NCBI GenBank assembly: GCA_038040345.1
Contig: JBBPIQ010000001.1
Location: forward strand, 257,245-321,244
Source of the DNA: Chloroflexota bacterium
GTDB taxonomy: Bacteria; Chloroflexota; Limnocylindria; P2-11E
Length of the DNA: 64,000 bases
Direction: 5' to 3'
A program made the position numbers and the translations under genes. Of this stretch, positions 16,547 to 25,096 are shown in pieces. The notes beneath the pieces were generated by a model. It was not told the origin of the DNA. It ran no database searches and saw only the letters and a program-made list of their open reading frames with translations. The number at the start of each line of letters is the position of its first letter. The first letter of the stretch is position 1.

Positions 16547-18958
16547 TTAGGTCGTCTGCGCGAGGCTGCGTTCGGATCGACGCAAGAGGAGCGCGTTGGT
16601 CACAACGGTGATGGAGCTAGCGCTCATAGCTAAGGCGCCGAACTCCGGGCGGAGCAGAAGCCCGAACGCGGGATATAGGACGCCGGCCGCCACCGGGATC
16701 GCGACCAGGTTGTACGCCGCGGCCCAGAACAGGTTCTGCTTCATCTTCCGGACGGTCGCCTTCGAAAGGCGGATCGCGGCGAGCACGTCGCGGGGATCCG
16801 AGCGCATGAGCACAATGTCCGCGGTCTCGATCGCCACATCAGTGCCCGCGCCGATCGCGATGCCAAGATCCGCCTGCGCGAGCGCCGGGGCGTCGTTGAT
16901 TCCGTCGCCCACCATCGCCACGAACTTCCCTTCCGAGTGCAGGCGCTTGACTTCCTCCGCCTTGTGCTCAGGCAACACCTCGGCGAGTACCCGTTCGATG
17001 CCGAGCTCGCCGGCGACTGCCTCTGCGGTCTGCCGGTTATCGCCGGTGAGCATGGCGACCTCGATCCCGATCGCCCGGAGTCCCGCGACGGCGGCACGGG
17101 CGGTGGGCCGCGGCGTGTCTCGCACGGCGACGAGGCCGGCTACTTCGCCGTCCACGGCGACGATCGTGATGGTCTTGCCGGCGCGCAGAAGGTCGTCGAG
17201 CGCCGCGCTGATCGCATCGAGGCGGATGCCGCTTTCCTCCATCAGCCGCCTGGTCCCGACCACCACGAGACGACCATCGACGCGGGCACGCACGCCACGT
17301 CCGCCCAGGGCCTCGAACTCGTCGATCCGAGTGGGCACCTCGATGCCGCGCCGGGTCGCTTCATCGAGGAGCGCCTTCGAGACCGGATGGCCCGAGCGCG
17401 ACTCCGCTCCCGCCTCCAGTCGGAGCAGCTCACGGTCGTCGAGCGGCGGCAGGGCGATTACGTCGGTGACGCGCGGCTTTCCTTCGGTGAGGGTGCCGGT
17501 CTTGTCGAAGACGACGACGTGGATCTTCGACGCAAGCTCGAGGCTCGTCGCCTGTTTGAAGAGGATGCCGTGCTTCGCGCCGATGTCCGTGGCGACCATG
17601 ATCGCGGTCGGCGTCGCGAGGCCGAGGGCGTCGGGACACGCGATGACGATGGCGGTGACCGCGAGCGTGAGCGCGAAGAGCACGGGTTCGCGCGCGATGA
17701 GCGTCCAGTACAGGAACGTGAGCACGCCGGAGGCGACCGCGACGATCACGAGGTAGTGCGCCGCGCGGTCGGCGAGGCGCTGCGCCGGCGGCTTCGAGGC
17801 CTGCGCGCGCTCGACCATCGCCGCGATGCGCGCGAGCGTCGTGTCGGAGCCGACCTGCGTCGCGCGGGTGCGGATCGACCCGCTCTGGTTGACGGTCCCG
17901 GCCACGACCTTCGCGCCCGCTTCCTTCTCGACCGGGATCGACTCTCCCGTCACCATCGACTCATCGATCGAGGTGTGCCCGTCGATCACCACGCCGTCGA
18001 CCGGCACGCGCTCGCCCGGGCGGAGCACGACGATGTCGCCCACGCGCACCTCAGACACCGGGACGCGGACGACCTTCCCGTCCCGCTCGACGTTGGCTTC
18101 TGCGGGCGCGAGCTCGAGGAGCTTGCGCACGGCATCCGATGAGCCCCGTCGGGCGCGCATCTCCATCCAGTGGCCGAAGAGGAGGAAGGTCGCGAGCATC
18201 ACCGCCGCTTCGTAGAAGGTCTCGCCGCCGACGGTGAACGTGAGCCCGACGCTGAAGAGGTAGCTGACGAGGATGCCGAGCGAGACGAGCACGCTCATGT
18301 TCAGCACGCCGGAGCGAATGGAGCGCCACGCACCGACGTGGAAGACGCTCGAGGCCCAGAGCGCGACCGGCGTGCTGAAGGCCAGGAGGATCCAGTTGCG
18401 ATCGACCGGCGCCGGGAGCTCACGGCCGCCCAGCAGGAGGGTGCCCAGCGGCGAGTAGGCGATCACCGGGAGCGAGAGCACGAGCGCGATGAAGAAGCGC
18501 CGGCGCATGTCGTCTTCCATCGCCGCGGCCATGCGCGGGTCGGACATGTCGTGGCCCATCGCCTCATGGCCGCCATGCGCGGCCGTCTTCGCGGCGGCGT
18601 GGTGCATCGCCTCGTGGGAGCTGACCTCCGCCTCCGGCAACGGCACCGGGTTGCGGAAGTTGCACTCCTCGATCTGCTTCCGAAGCGTCGCCACGTCGGT
18701 CACTCCTGTGTGAACGGTTACGTCCGCGATCTTCCGGGTCAGATCAACGTGCGCATCAACGACATGCGGGAGCTGCTTGATCGCGCTCGCGAGATCGTCC
18801 TGGCAGCAGGGGCAGAAGACGTGATCGAGCGGGAACTCCAACGTCTCCGTCGCGGGCACCGCCGGTGTGCGCTGTGCGGCCGTCACCGCAACGAAACGAG
18901 GGACTGCTGCACTAGGTCCAACCGAAGGCGCGGAAGGCTCCATACGTGGCGAGCGCAA
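16547..18958 (-). CDS. Heavy-metal-translocating P1B-type ATPase with atypical motifs: N-terminal CPCC metal-binding motif, His-rich stretch and a TM6 CPD motif in place of CPC
   Basis: DKTGTLT, GDGINDAP and TGES motifs. TM motif IACPDALGLATP (codons tgt ccc gac were read directly). N-terminal …DHVFCPCCQDDLASAIKQLPHVVDAHVDL and MHHAAAKTAAHGGHEAMGHDM. Confidence 0.85.
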   Translation of the reverse strand: MRSPRMEPSAPSVGPSAAVPRFVAVTAAQRTPAVPATETLEFPLDHVFCPCCQDDLASAIKQLPHVVDAHVDLTRKIADVTVHTGVTDVATLRKQIEECNFRNPVPLPEAEVSSHEAMHHAAAKTAAHGGHEAMGHDMSDPRMAAAMEDDMRRRFFIALVLSLPVIAYSPLGTLLLGGRELPAPVDRNWILLAFSTPVALWASSVFHVGAWRSIRSGVLNMSVLVSLGILVSYLFSVGLTFTVGGETFYEAAVMLATFLLFGHWMEMRARRGSSDAVRKLLELAPAEANVERDGKVVRVPVSEVRVGDIVVLRPGERVPVDGVVIDGHTSIDESMVTGESIPVEKEAGAKVVAGTVNQSGSIRTRATQVGSDTTLARIAAMVERAQASKPPAQRLADRAAHYLVIVAVASGVLTFLYWTLIAREPVLFALTLAVTAIVIACPDALGLATPTAIMVATDIGAKHGILFKQATSLELASKIHVVVFDKTGTLTEGKPRVTDVIALPPLDDRELLRLEAGAESRSGHPVSKALLDEATRRGIEVPTRIDEFEALGGRGVRARVDGRLVVVGTRRLMEESGIRLDAISAALDDLLRAGKTITIVAVDGEVAGLVAVRDTPRPTARAAVAGLRAIGIEVAMLTGDNRQTAEAVAGELGIERVLAEVLPEHKAEEVKRLHSEGKFVAMVGDGINDAPALAQADLGIAIGAGTDVAIETADIVLMRSDPRDVLAAIRLSKATVRKMKQNLFWAAAYNLVAIPVAAGVLYPAFGLLLRPEFGALAMSASSITVVTNALLLRRSERSLAQTT

Positions 18959-19079
18959 CGAGCGCGATCCAGCAGAACCAATACAACGCCGTCATCCACC
19001 ACGCGTTGCGCGTGCCGAGCTGCGCTTCGACGGCGTGTTCCTTGCCGGTGCCCACGCGGTTGTTATCGGGTACTTCGGC

Positions 19080-19302
19080 TCACGAATCGGAGAGCGTCGA
19101 CCGCAACTGCTCGAATTGTTCCTTCGTGATCTCCCCGCGGGCCAAACGACGCGCCGCGATCGCCACCGCGTTCTCAGTCTCGCGAGCGTTCGTACTGTAG
19201 CAACACGGCAAGCCCGACCAGCACGACCACGATCAGGAGAAGGGTTGGGAGCCACATCCACCCCGCCATCCAGCTGCTCATCGTCGATCCCCAGTCCATC
19301 AT
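19080..19302 (-). pseudogene. SHOCT domain membrane protein with an apparent -1/+1 frameshift (TM part and SHOCT motif in different frames)
   Basis: Frame A: MMDWGSTMSSWMAGWMWLPTLLLIVVVLVGLAVLLQYERSRD then stop. The adjacent frame continues …AVAIAARRLARGEITKEQFEQLRSTLSDS then stop. GAGGAG Shine-Dalgarno sequence before the ATG. Paralog of 13714-13950. Confidence 0.5.
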
Positions 19303-19732
19303 CGCGAGTCTCCTCTGTATTCATTCGTCGAACATATGCTGCATTCACGGATCGCCGACCGACAGGGCCGTCCGACCCGCCAAATACGTCCGAAGTGACC
19401 CATTTCGCCGGGCGGCACCCTCGACCTGTGAAACCACGTCGACGCAGCCGTCTCGTCGCTTCTCGGACCTGTCGCCACACACCCGCGCTCTGCCATGACC
19501 AGAGTTTGAGCCCCCGAACCAAACGGGCCCCGTCTCTGCGTGCCACGAGATCGGAAGAAAACTGTGGCGTCTTTTCGCAACGCCCTGCGCAAAGGAACGG
19601 AAACCTACACGACAGCCTCGTGTAGCCCGGAGGGGGGTCAAGCGCGCGGAAGTGATAACAGTTCAGCTCGTGGGGGACGCGCGCGGCTGGCTTCGATTGG
19701 CGAGCTGAGGTGCAAGTCCCGTCCAAGCACGG

Positions 19733-20284
19733 GTGCCCGATGACCGGGTCAGCCGCTGCCTGCACATTGACCTCGAAGGCTTCGTCAAAGGGCACAGATT
19801 CTCGTACCGCGCCCACATCGAGGTGTCCGGCGACGAGTCGCTCGACGAGACCGTGAATGACCTCATTGTCGAATTCCGCCAGAACGAGTCTTGGCCGCTC
19901 GCCAACCAGGTCTGGCAGCAGATGACCGCAGCCGAAGACCGGGCGCTCAATCAGATGTTCCGTAATGACGTCATGTCGGCCTACCTGATGAAGCGGGTCC
20001 GGGGCGAGTTGATTGACGAATCATTCGCCGGGCACCCTTGGAAATATGACGACGAGCGAATCGCGGAGCGAACGCCATGCTTAGCCTCTTCGGCGGCCTC
20101 GTTGCCTCGTCGGCTGCGTGACTCCGGTTCCGCAGCGTCGAGCGCCGGAGAGACGGGACACTATTTGAACGGCCGATCCGAATACGGATCGACGGTTCTT
20201 GAGCTCCTCCGAGGGTCGCAGACCCTAGAGCCCCCGATCTTGGGCGTGTTTAGCTGCGCCGACCCGAGGTCGCGTCGCGCATGA
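19733..20284 (+). CDS. Hypothetical protein
   Basis: ORF with reasonable codon usage in its first ~110 codons. No recognisable domain. Confidence 0.3.
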   Translation: MPDDRVSRCLHIDLEGFVKGHRFSYRAHIEVSGDESLDETVNDLIVEFRQNESWPLANQVWQQMTAAEDRALNQMFRNDVMSAYLMKRVRGELIDESFAGHPWKYDDERIAERTPCLASSAASLPRRLRDSGSAASSAGETGHYLNGRSEYGSTVLELLRGSQTLEPPILGVFSCADPRSRRA

Positions 20285-20909
20285 TGTGTTCGGGGTCGAC
20301 CGTGGACGTTGCGTACTCCGGGCGCCCAGCAGGCCGATAGGTCTGGATGGTTATGCCCCGGGAAGTGGTCCGCGAGTTGACCAGGTCGAGCGCCATGTCC
20401 GGACCGGAATCGGGGAACAGCCGTGTGCCCTGGCCGACGACGACGGGAAAGGTGATCAGGTTGAGCTGGTCGACCAGGTCGTTGGCGAGCAGCCATCGGA
20501 CGAGGACACCGCTGCCGGGCACCAGCAGTTCGCCGTCTTGATGCGTCTTTAGATCACGGACGGCCGCGGCCACGTCGCCGGTCAGGACAGTCGTGCCCGC
20601 CCACTTCGGGTTGGTGAGGCTGGTCGATGCCACGTACTTGGGCCGGCTGTTCAGCGCAACGCCGATCGGGTGCTTGCGCAGGTCGGTCATGGCTCCCCAG
20701 GAGCCGGCGAAGATCTCGTACGTCCGCCGGCCGAACAGGAACGCGGCCGCGCCGCCGTAGATCTGGTTGATATAGTCCCCGGTTTCGGTGTCGTTAAGCG
20801 GTATGACCCATCCGCCGCGCTCGAAGCCGCCGCGGCGGTCTTCGTCCCGGCCGCCCAACCCCTGCATCACGCCGTCCACCGTGACGTTGGTCGTGGTCGT
20901 CAACCTCAT
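20250..20909 (-). CDS. RibD C-terminal domain / dihydrofolate reductase family protein
   Basis: MRLTTTTNVTVDGVMQG…FLFGRRTYE…LLVPGSGVLVRWLL pattern of the DHFR-like family. Confidence 0.75.
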   Translation of the reverse strand: MRLTTTTNVTVDGVMQGLGGRDEDRRGGFERGGWVIPLNDTETGDYINQIYGGAAAFLFGRRTYEIFAGSWGAMTDLRKHPIGVALNSRPKYVASTSLTNPKWAGTTVLTGDVAAAVRDLKTHQDGELLVPGSGVLVRWLLANDLVDQLNLITFPVVVGQGTRLFPDSGPDMALDLVNSRTTSRGITIQTYRPAGRPEYATSTVDPEHIMRDATSGRRS

Positions 20910-21123
20910 GTCGTGTCACCTCCTCGAACTACGGCCGCGGACCCCTTCTGGATCCGCGCTACTTGCGACAGACAAACATACTTTGCGGAGATCCGAGCGG
21001 ACCACACAACTGACGGGCTGAAGGTGGAGTTCAGGGCGCGAGCCGCTTGGGAGCCATACATCGAAGCGGTCCTGGCGACGCAAGGGGAGGGCCCCAAAGA
21101 TCTCACGCCTGTTATCACATCGG

Positions 21124-21197
21124 TAGCCCGGAGGGGATTCGAACCCCTGACCTCTTCCTTGAAAGGGAAGCGCCCTGGACCACTAGGCGACCGGGCC
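21124..21197 (-). tRNA. tRNA-Glu (anticodon TTC)
   Basis: Manual fold: acceptor GGCCCGG/CCGGGCT, D-arm GCCT…GGGC, anticodon stem CTTCC/GGAAG with loop CTTTCAA, T-arm AGGGG-TTCGAAT-CCCCT, discriminator A. Confidence 0.85.
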
Positions 21198-21228
21198 GGG
21201 CTCTTGTGACTACAAGGATAGATGCGCG

Positions 21229-21738
21229 CTAACTGCTGACGCTCTGGATCCGGAAGATGAGCTCCCACGTGTTGAACACGCCCCAGATGAGACTGACGAC
21301 CGCGACCCCGGCCATGAGAAACAGCGCGCGGTTCTCTCCGACCGCGATGCCGATCGAGCCGGTCAATGCGAAGGCAAACAGCACGAAGCCGGCGATGAAC
21401 TGAACGAGGGTCACGCGACGGTCGTAGCCGACGCCCGTCGGCCGGAGACCGGGACGCGCGGCTGCGCCGAAGGGGATCAGCACCGCCAAATTGAGCGCGA
21501 TGAGCTCAACGCCGAAGGCCCAGAGCGACTGCGGCATCAGCGCGAGAAATCCGATCGCAAGTGCAACGACGTAGCCGAGGAATATGGTCCGGGCCACGGA
21601 GCGAAGCTCTTCGTTTCGACGATCGCTCAGCGCGCGGATGTGGATGGACAGCGCGACGAACAGAAGTCCGAGGAGACCCGCCGCGGCCGTGACGAGAGCG
21701 ACGTTGAAGTCGTGCCACAGGACGAGCTCTTCCGACAT
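21229..21738 (-). CDS. Hypothetical polytopic membrane protein
   Basis: Five predicted TM helices. Start assumed at MSEELVLW. Confidence 0.45.
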   Translation of the reverse strand: MSEELVLWHDFNVALVTAAAGLLGLLFVALSIHIRALSDRRNEELRSVARTIFLGYVVALAIGFLALMPQSLWAFGVELIALNLAVLIPFGAAARPGLRPTGVGYDRRVTLVQFIAGFVLFAFALTGSIGIAVGENRALFLMAGVAVVSLIWGVFNTWELIFRIQSVSS

Positions 21739-22397
21739 CACGCGATCTCCATCAACCACTCTTGGAGCGGCGTGAGGGTGCGGTAGTGCGTGAAGCAATG
21801 CCGGACGAAGTCGCCGCGTGGTAGCGGTGTCTCGATCCAGGCATAAATCCCGTCGTGCTTCAGATAGCGAGCTCGGGGATGATCGGCGGCGAACCCGCGC
21901 GGGACGCGCTTGCGCGTGCGGCCCTCGAGCTTGTAGCCCTTCCGCTCGAGGCCGCGGACGATCCGATCGAGCGCAGCGCCGCGGCGATCATCGACTACGG
22001 ACCCGCGATAGCGTTCGAGAAGTCCTGGCTGGGCCATGTACAGGCCGACCGCAAGCACGACGCTCTTCGGCGTGAGATTGAACCAGTAGCCCGGTGATCC
22101 CTCCTTCGCTCGGCCCTCCCACCACCAGAGCGTCTGATGGTCTTTGTACGGCTTCTTGTCCCGCGAGAAGCGGATGTCGCGGTTGATCCGCTTCACGCCG
22201 TAGTTCGTGCGCGGGTCGATCTGAAGCTTCGGGCGAAGCGTGCGGAGCTTCGCGCCCAGATCGATCACGAACTCCTTCGCCGGTTGGAGCAGGTCTTCCT
22301 CATAGTCGCCGCGGTGCTCGTCGAACCAGTCCTTGCGGTTGTTTCGGCGCATGGCGCCGAGAAATCGAGCTGCGTCGTGCGGGAAGCCGTGCGGCAT
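21738..22397 (-). CDS. DUF2461 (TIGR02453) family protein
   Basis: Characteristic DUF2461 residues (…DWFDEHRGDYEE…INRDIRFSRDKKPYKDH…). Confidence 0.7.
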   Translation of the reverse strand: MPHGFPHDAARFLGAMRRNNRKDWFDEHRGDYEEDLLQPAKEFVIDLGAKLRTLRPKLQIDPRTNYGVKRINRDIRFSRDKKPYKDHQTLWWWEGRAKEGSPGYWFNLTPKSVVLAVGLYMAQPGLLERYRGSVVDDRRGAALDRIVRGLERKGYKLEGRTRKRVPRGFAADHPRARYLKHDGIYAWIETPLPRGDFVRHCFTHYRTLTPLQEWLMEIA

Positions 22398-22414
22398 CGC
22401 GGCAAATCTAGCCG

Positions 22415-23581
22415 CTAGAGGATTCCGAGCACCTTCCGGGCGATCGTCCGGAGAGACGCCATGCTGTCGGGGGCGAGATCACGACGCGCGTGGCGCTCGA
22501 GCGCGCGGATCGCGCGTTCGGCGTGCAGGTCATCGTCGAGCCCGCCGAGGACGTCCTGGGTCGAGGCGTCGCGTTCGATAGGACCGAGTCTTCCGCGCCC
22601 GAGTGACTCAGCGAGCGCCGCCGCGCGCTTCCGCGCGCGTTCCAAGCGTTCCTCGTCGTGGTCGAACGGCCGGCGGTAATGGACGTCGAGCAGGTACAGG
22701 CGGAGCGCCTGCGGCGATGTGTTCTTGAGCACGTCGCGGACGAAGGTCATGTTGCCGTCCGACTTCGACATCTTCGCTCCGTCGAGTCGCATCGGCGCCA
22801 CGTGCACCCAGTGGCCGACGAATCGTTTCCGCAAACCATGCGCGGCCTCGCTTTGCGCGATCTCGCACTCGTGATGCGGGTAGATCAGATCGCTGCCACC
22901 GCCGTGAATGTCGATCGGAAACCCAAGATGCCGGTCGGACATCGCCGAACACTCGAGGTGCCATCCCGGGCGGCCGCGGCCGAACGGACTTGGCCACGTC
23001 GGCCCTTCACTCACGCGGCGCCAGAGGGCGAAGTCGATGGGTGAACGCCGGCTGGGATCGTCGAGCCGCGCGTCGTCCTGCGACGCCAGGATCCGCTTCA
23101 TCTTCGCCTTCGAGAAACGCGAGAGCTGGCCGAACCGGGGGAACTTCTTGACATCAAAATAAAGGCCCCCGGGAGTCTCGTACGCGAATCCGCGGCGGCG
23201 TAGGCGCTCCGCCAGCTTGATCATCGCGGGGATCTCTCGCGTGGCGTGCGGGATCGCGTCGGGCTTGCGCCAGTCAAGGCCTTTCATGTCCCGCAGGAAG
23301 GCGCGCTCCTCGCGGCGCCCCAGCGCTCGCCAGCTCACCTTGTCCCGCGCGGCGCGCTGCAGGATCGACTCGTCGATGTCGGTGATGTTCTGCGCGTACC
23401 GCAGGCTCTGTCCGCGCACTTCGAGGAGACGCGCGAGCACGTCGAAGACGAGAAAGGTGCGGGCGTGGCCGAGGTGGGTGGTGTCGTAGGGCGTAACGCC
23501 GCAGACGTACATCGTCGCGACACGGGATCGAGGCTGGAACGCAAAGGTGCCGCGCCGTCGCGTGTCGTAAAGCCATAGCAC
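22415..23581 (-). CDS. Class I aminoacyl-tRNA-synthetase-like cysteine ligase (CysS/MshC family, short form without an anticodon-binding domain)
   Basis: HIGH-type motif TTHLGHARTF, KMSKS motif and zinc-binding Cys residues. 388 aa, shorter than canonical CysRS, so MshC-like. Confidence 0.8.
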   Translation of the reverse strand: MLWLYDTRRRGTFAFQPRSRVATMYVCGVTPYDTTHLGHARTFLVFDVLARLLEVRGQSLRYAQNITDIDESILQRAARDKVSWRALGRREERAFLRDMKGLDWRKPDAIPHATREIPAMIKLAERLRRRGFAYETPGGLYFDVKKFPRFGQLSRFSKAKMKRILASQDDARLDDPSRRSPIDFALWRRVSEGPTWPSPFGRGRPGWHLECSAMSDRHLGFPIDIHGGGSDLIYPHHECEIAQSEAAHGLRKRFVGHWVHVAPMRLDGAKMSKSDGNMTFVRDVLKNTSPQALRLYLLDVHYRRPFDHDEERLERARKRAAALAESLGRGRLGPIERDASTQDVLGGLDDDLHAERAIRALERHARRDLAPDSMASLRTIARKVLGIL

Positions 23582-23608
23582 CTCTGTTGGACGATATCCT
23601 CGCGCGGG

Positions 23609-24727
23609 TTGCCGCGCTCACTCGATCCCGACGAGGTCCTCGCCGTCCTTCGGCGTATCGCGGCGTCTCCGACTGCCCCGTACCACGAATGGGCGGTGCT
23701 CGACGCGATCCGGGCCGAGCTCGAGGGGGGCGGTATCTCCACAAGGACCGACTCGTTCGGGCAGGTCCACGCGCGGGTCTCGGCCGGCACGGCGAAGCGC
23801 GCGCTCGTGTTCGCGGCGCACACCGATCACCCCGCGTTCGAGATCATCGAAGCATCGGGCAGAACGGGAAAAGCGCGGGTACTCGGCGGGTTCCGCCAGC
23901 GGGTATTCCCGTCCGACGTTGCCGTGACCGTCCATACGGATGTGGGCGGCGCTTCGTTCGCGGCGGTCCTGAGCGACCCGATCACCGAGATCGAGCCGGT
24001 GCACAACTCCACGACCGTGTGTCGCATCCGGGCGGACAGGCCGCTCGCCGTCGGGCAGTTCGCGATGCTCGACCTACCCGCTGCCGATGTCGCGGGCGAC
24101 GAGATCCGCATGCGCGCGGCTGACGACCTGGCCGGATGCGCTCTCATCGTCCTGGTGCTCCTCGGGCTCCGGGACGAGCGAGCGCCGCACGACGTTCACG
24201 CCATCTTCACGAGAGCCGAGGAAACGGGTCTGTACGGCGCGCGCCTCGCCGCCGAGGACGAGCTCCTGCCGCGCGACGCGTACGTCGTCTCCGTCGAGGC
24301 GAGCCGCGCGCTTCCCGGCGCCGAGGCCGGCCGAGGCATCGTCGTTCGCGCCGGCGACTTCCACAACACGTTCAGCAACGAGGCGGAGCGCTACCTGCGG
24401 GTCGCGCGCGAGCGGCTTGCCGAGCGGGGCATTCCGGCGCAGCGAGCATTGCTCGTCGGTGGCACGTGCGAGGCTTCGTCATTCGTTCGACTCGGCTGGA
24501 CCGCGACCGGCATCGCGCTCCCGAATGTCAATTACCACAACGCTGCGTCGGATGGTGGGTTCGCGCCCGAGATCGTCCGTCTCAGCGACCTGCTGAGCGG
24601 GATCTCGCTCGGCATCGAGGCCTCGCTCGCGGCCGGAAATGATGCGGATGAGTCATGGTGGCCTGACGTTCGTGTAACGCCGGCCGAGATCCGCGATCTT
24701 CTGATGCGCGAACGGCCGAAAAGCTGA
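23609..24727 (+). CDS. M42 family metallopeptidase (glutamyl aminopeptidase/FrvX-like)
   Basis: M42 signature His/Asp/Glu metal ligands (HTDHPAF, EETGLYGAR). Confidence 0.8.
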   Translation: MPRSLDPDEVLAVLRRIAASPTAPYHEWAVLDAIRAELEGGGISTRTDSFGQVHARVSAGTAKRALVFAAHTDHPAFEIIEASGRTGKARVLGGFRQRVFPSDVAVTVHTDVGGASFAAVLSDPITEIEPVHNSTTVCRIRADRPLAVGQFAMLDLPAADVAGDEIRMRAADDLAGCALIVLVLLGLRDERAPHDVHAIFTRAEETGLYGARLAAEDELLPRDAYVVSVEASRALPGAEAGRGIVVRAGDFHNTFSNEAERYLRVARERLAERGIPAQRALLVGGTCEASSFVRLGWTATGIALPNVNYHNAASDGGFAPEIVRLSDLLSGISLGIEASLAAGNDADESWWPDVRVTPAEIRDLLMRERPKS

Positions 24728-25017
24728 TTATCCATTTCTGGTAGCACTTGACTCGGCCCTCCCTGGCGGGTGTAGAACAAGGAGAAGCTCCGCACGGGCC
24801 CACGGAGCGACGAGCAAGACCGGTGGACGCCGAATCGGAGGTCACATGGTCAAGCTTCATAAACGACTCGGGGTGTTCCAAGTCGATCGATGACGCCCTC
24901 GACGGAAGGGGGCACTGCCGAGAGCGCGCTTTCGGTGGATTGAATGAATTCGGAGATCGCCTTTGCGCGATCTCCCTCATCGAGGCCAGATAATGAGGCC
25001 TGTAGCCGAAAGCGACG

Positions 25018-25047
25018 GCGACCCCCGGAAACGGGGGTCGCTTTTTT
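25018..25047 (+). terminator. Intrinsic terminator: 10-bp GC stem (GCGACCCCCG/CGGGGGTCGC) with a GAAA tetraloop followed by T6
   Basis: Read directly from sequence, about 290 nt downstream of the M42 peptidase stop. Confidence 0.75.
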
Positions 25048-25096
25048 GTGCCCTTTGTTGCGGAACGGCGGGCACCGCTTTCCGTAGTCTCGGCAG

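Noticed and set aside
19320-19732. RNase P RNA, tmRNA or SRP RNA in the long intergenic regions (19303-19732 and 24728-25096)
   Set aside because: Hallmark conserved boxes are absent on either strand (RNase P GGAAAGUCCGGGCUCC, tmRNA 5' GGGG…UUCGAC with tag ORF, SRP domain IV GGUCCGGAAGGAAGCAGCC).
24847-24894. 15-codon ORF as a confident protein-coding gene
   Set aside because: Good RBS but too short and unconserved to call. Kept only as a finding.
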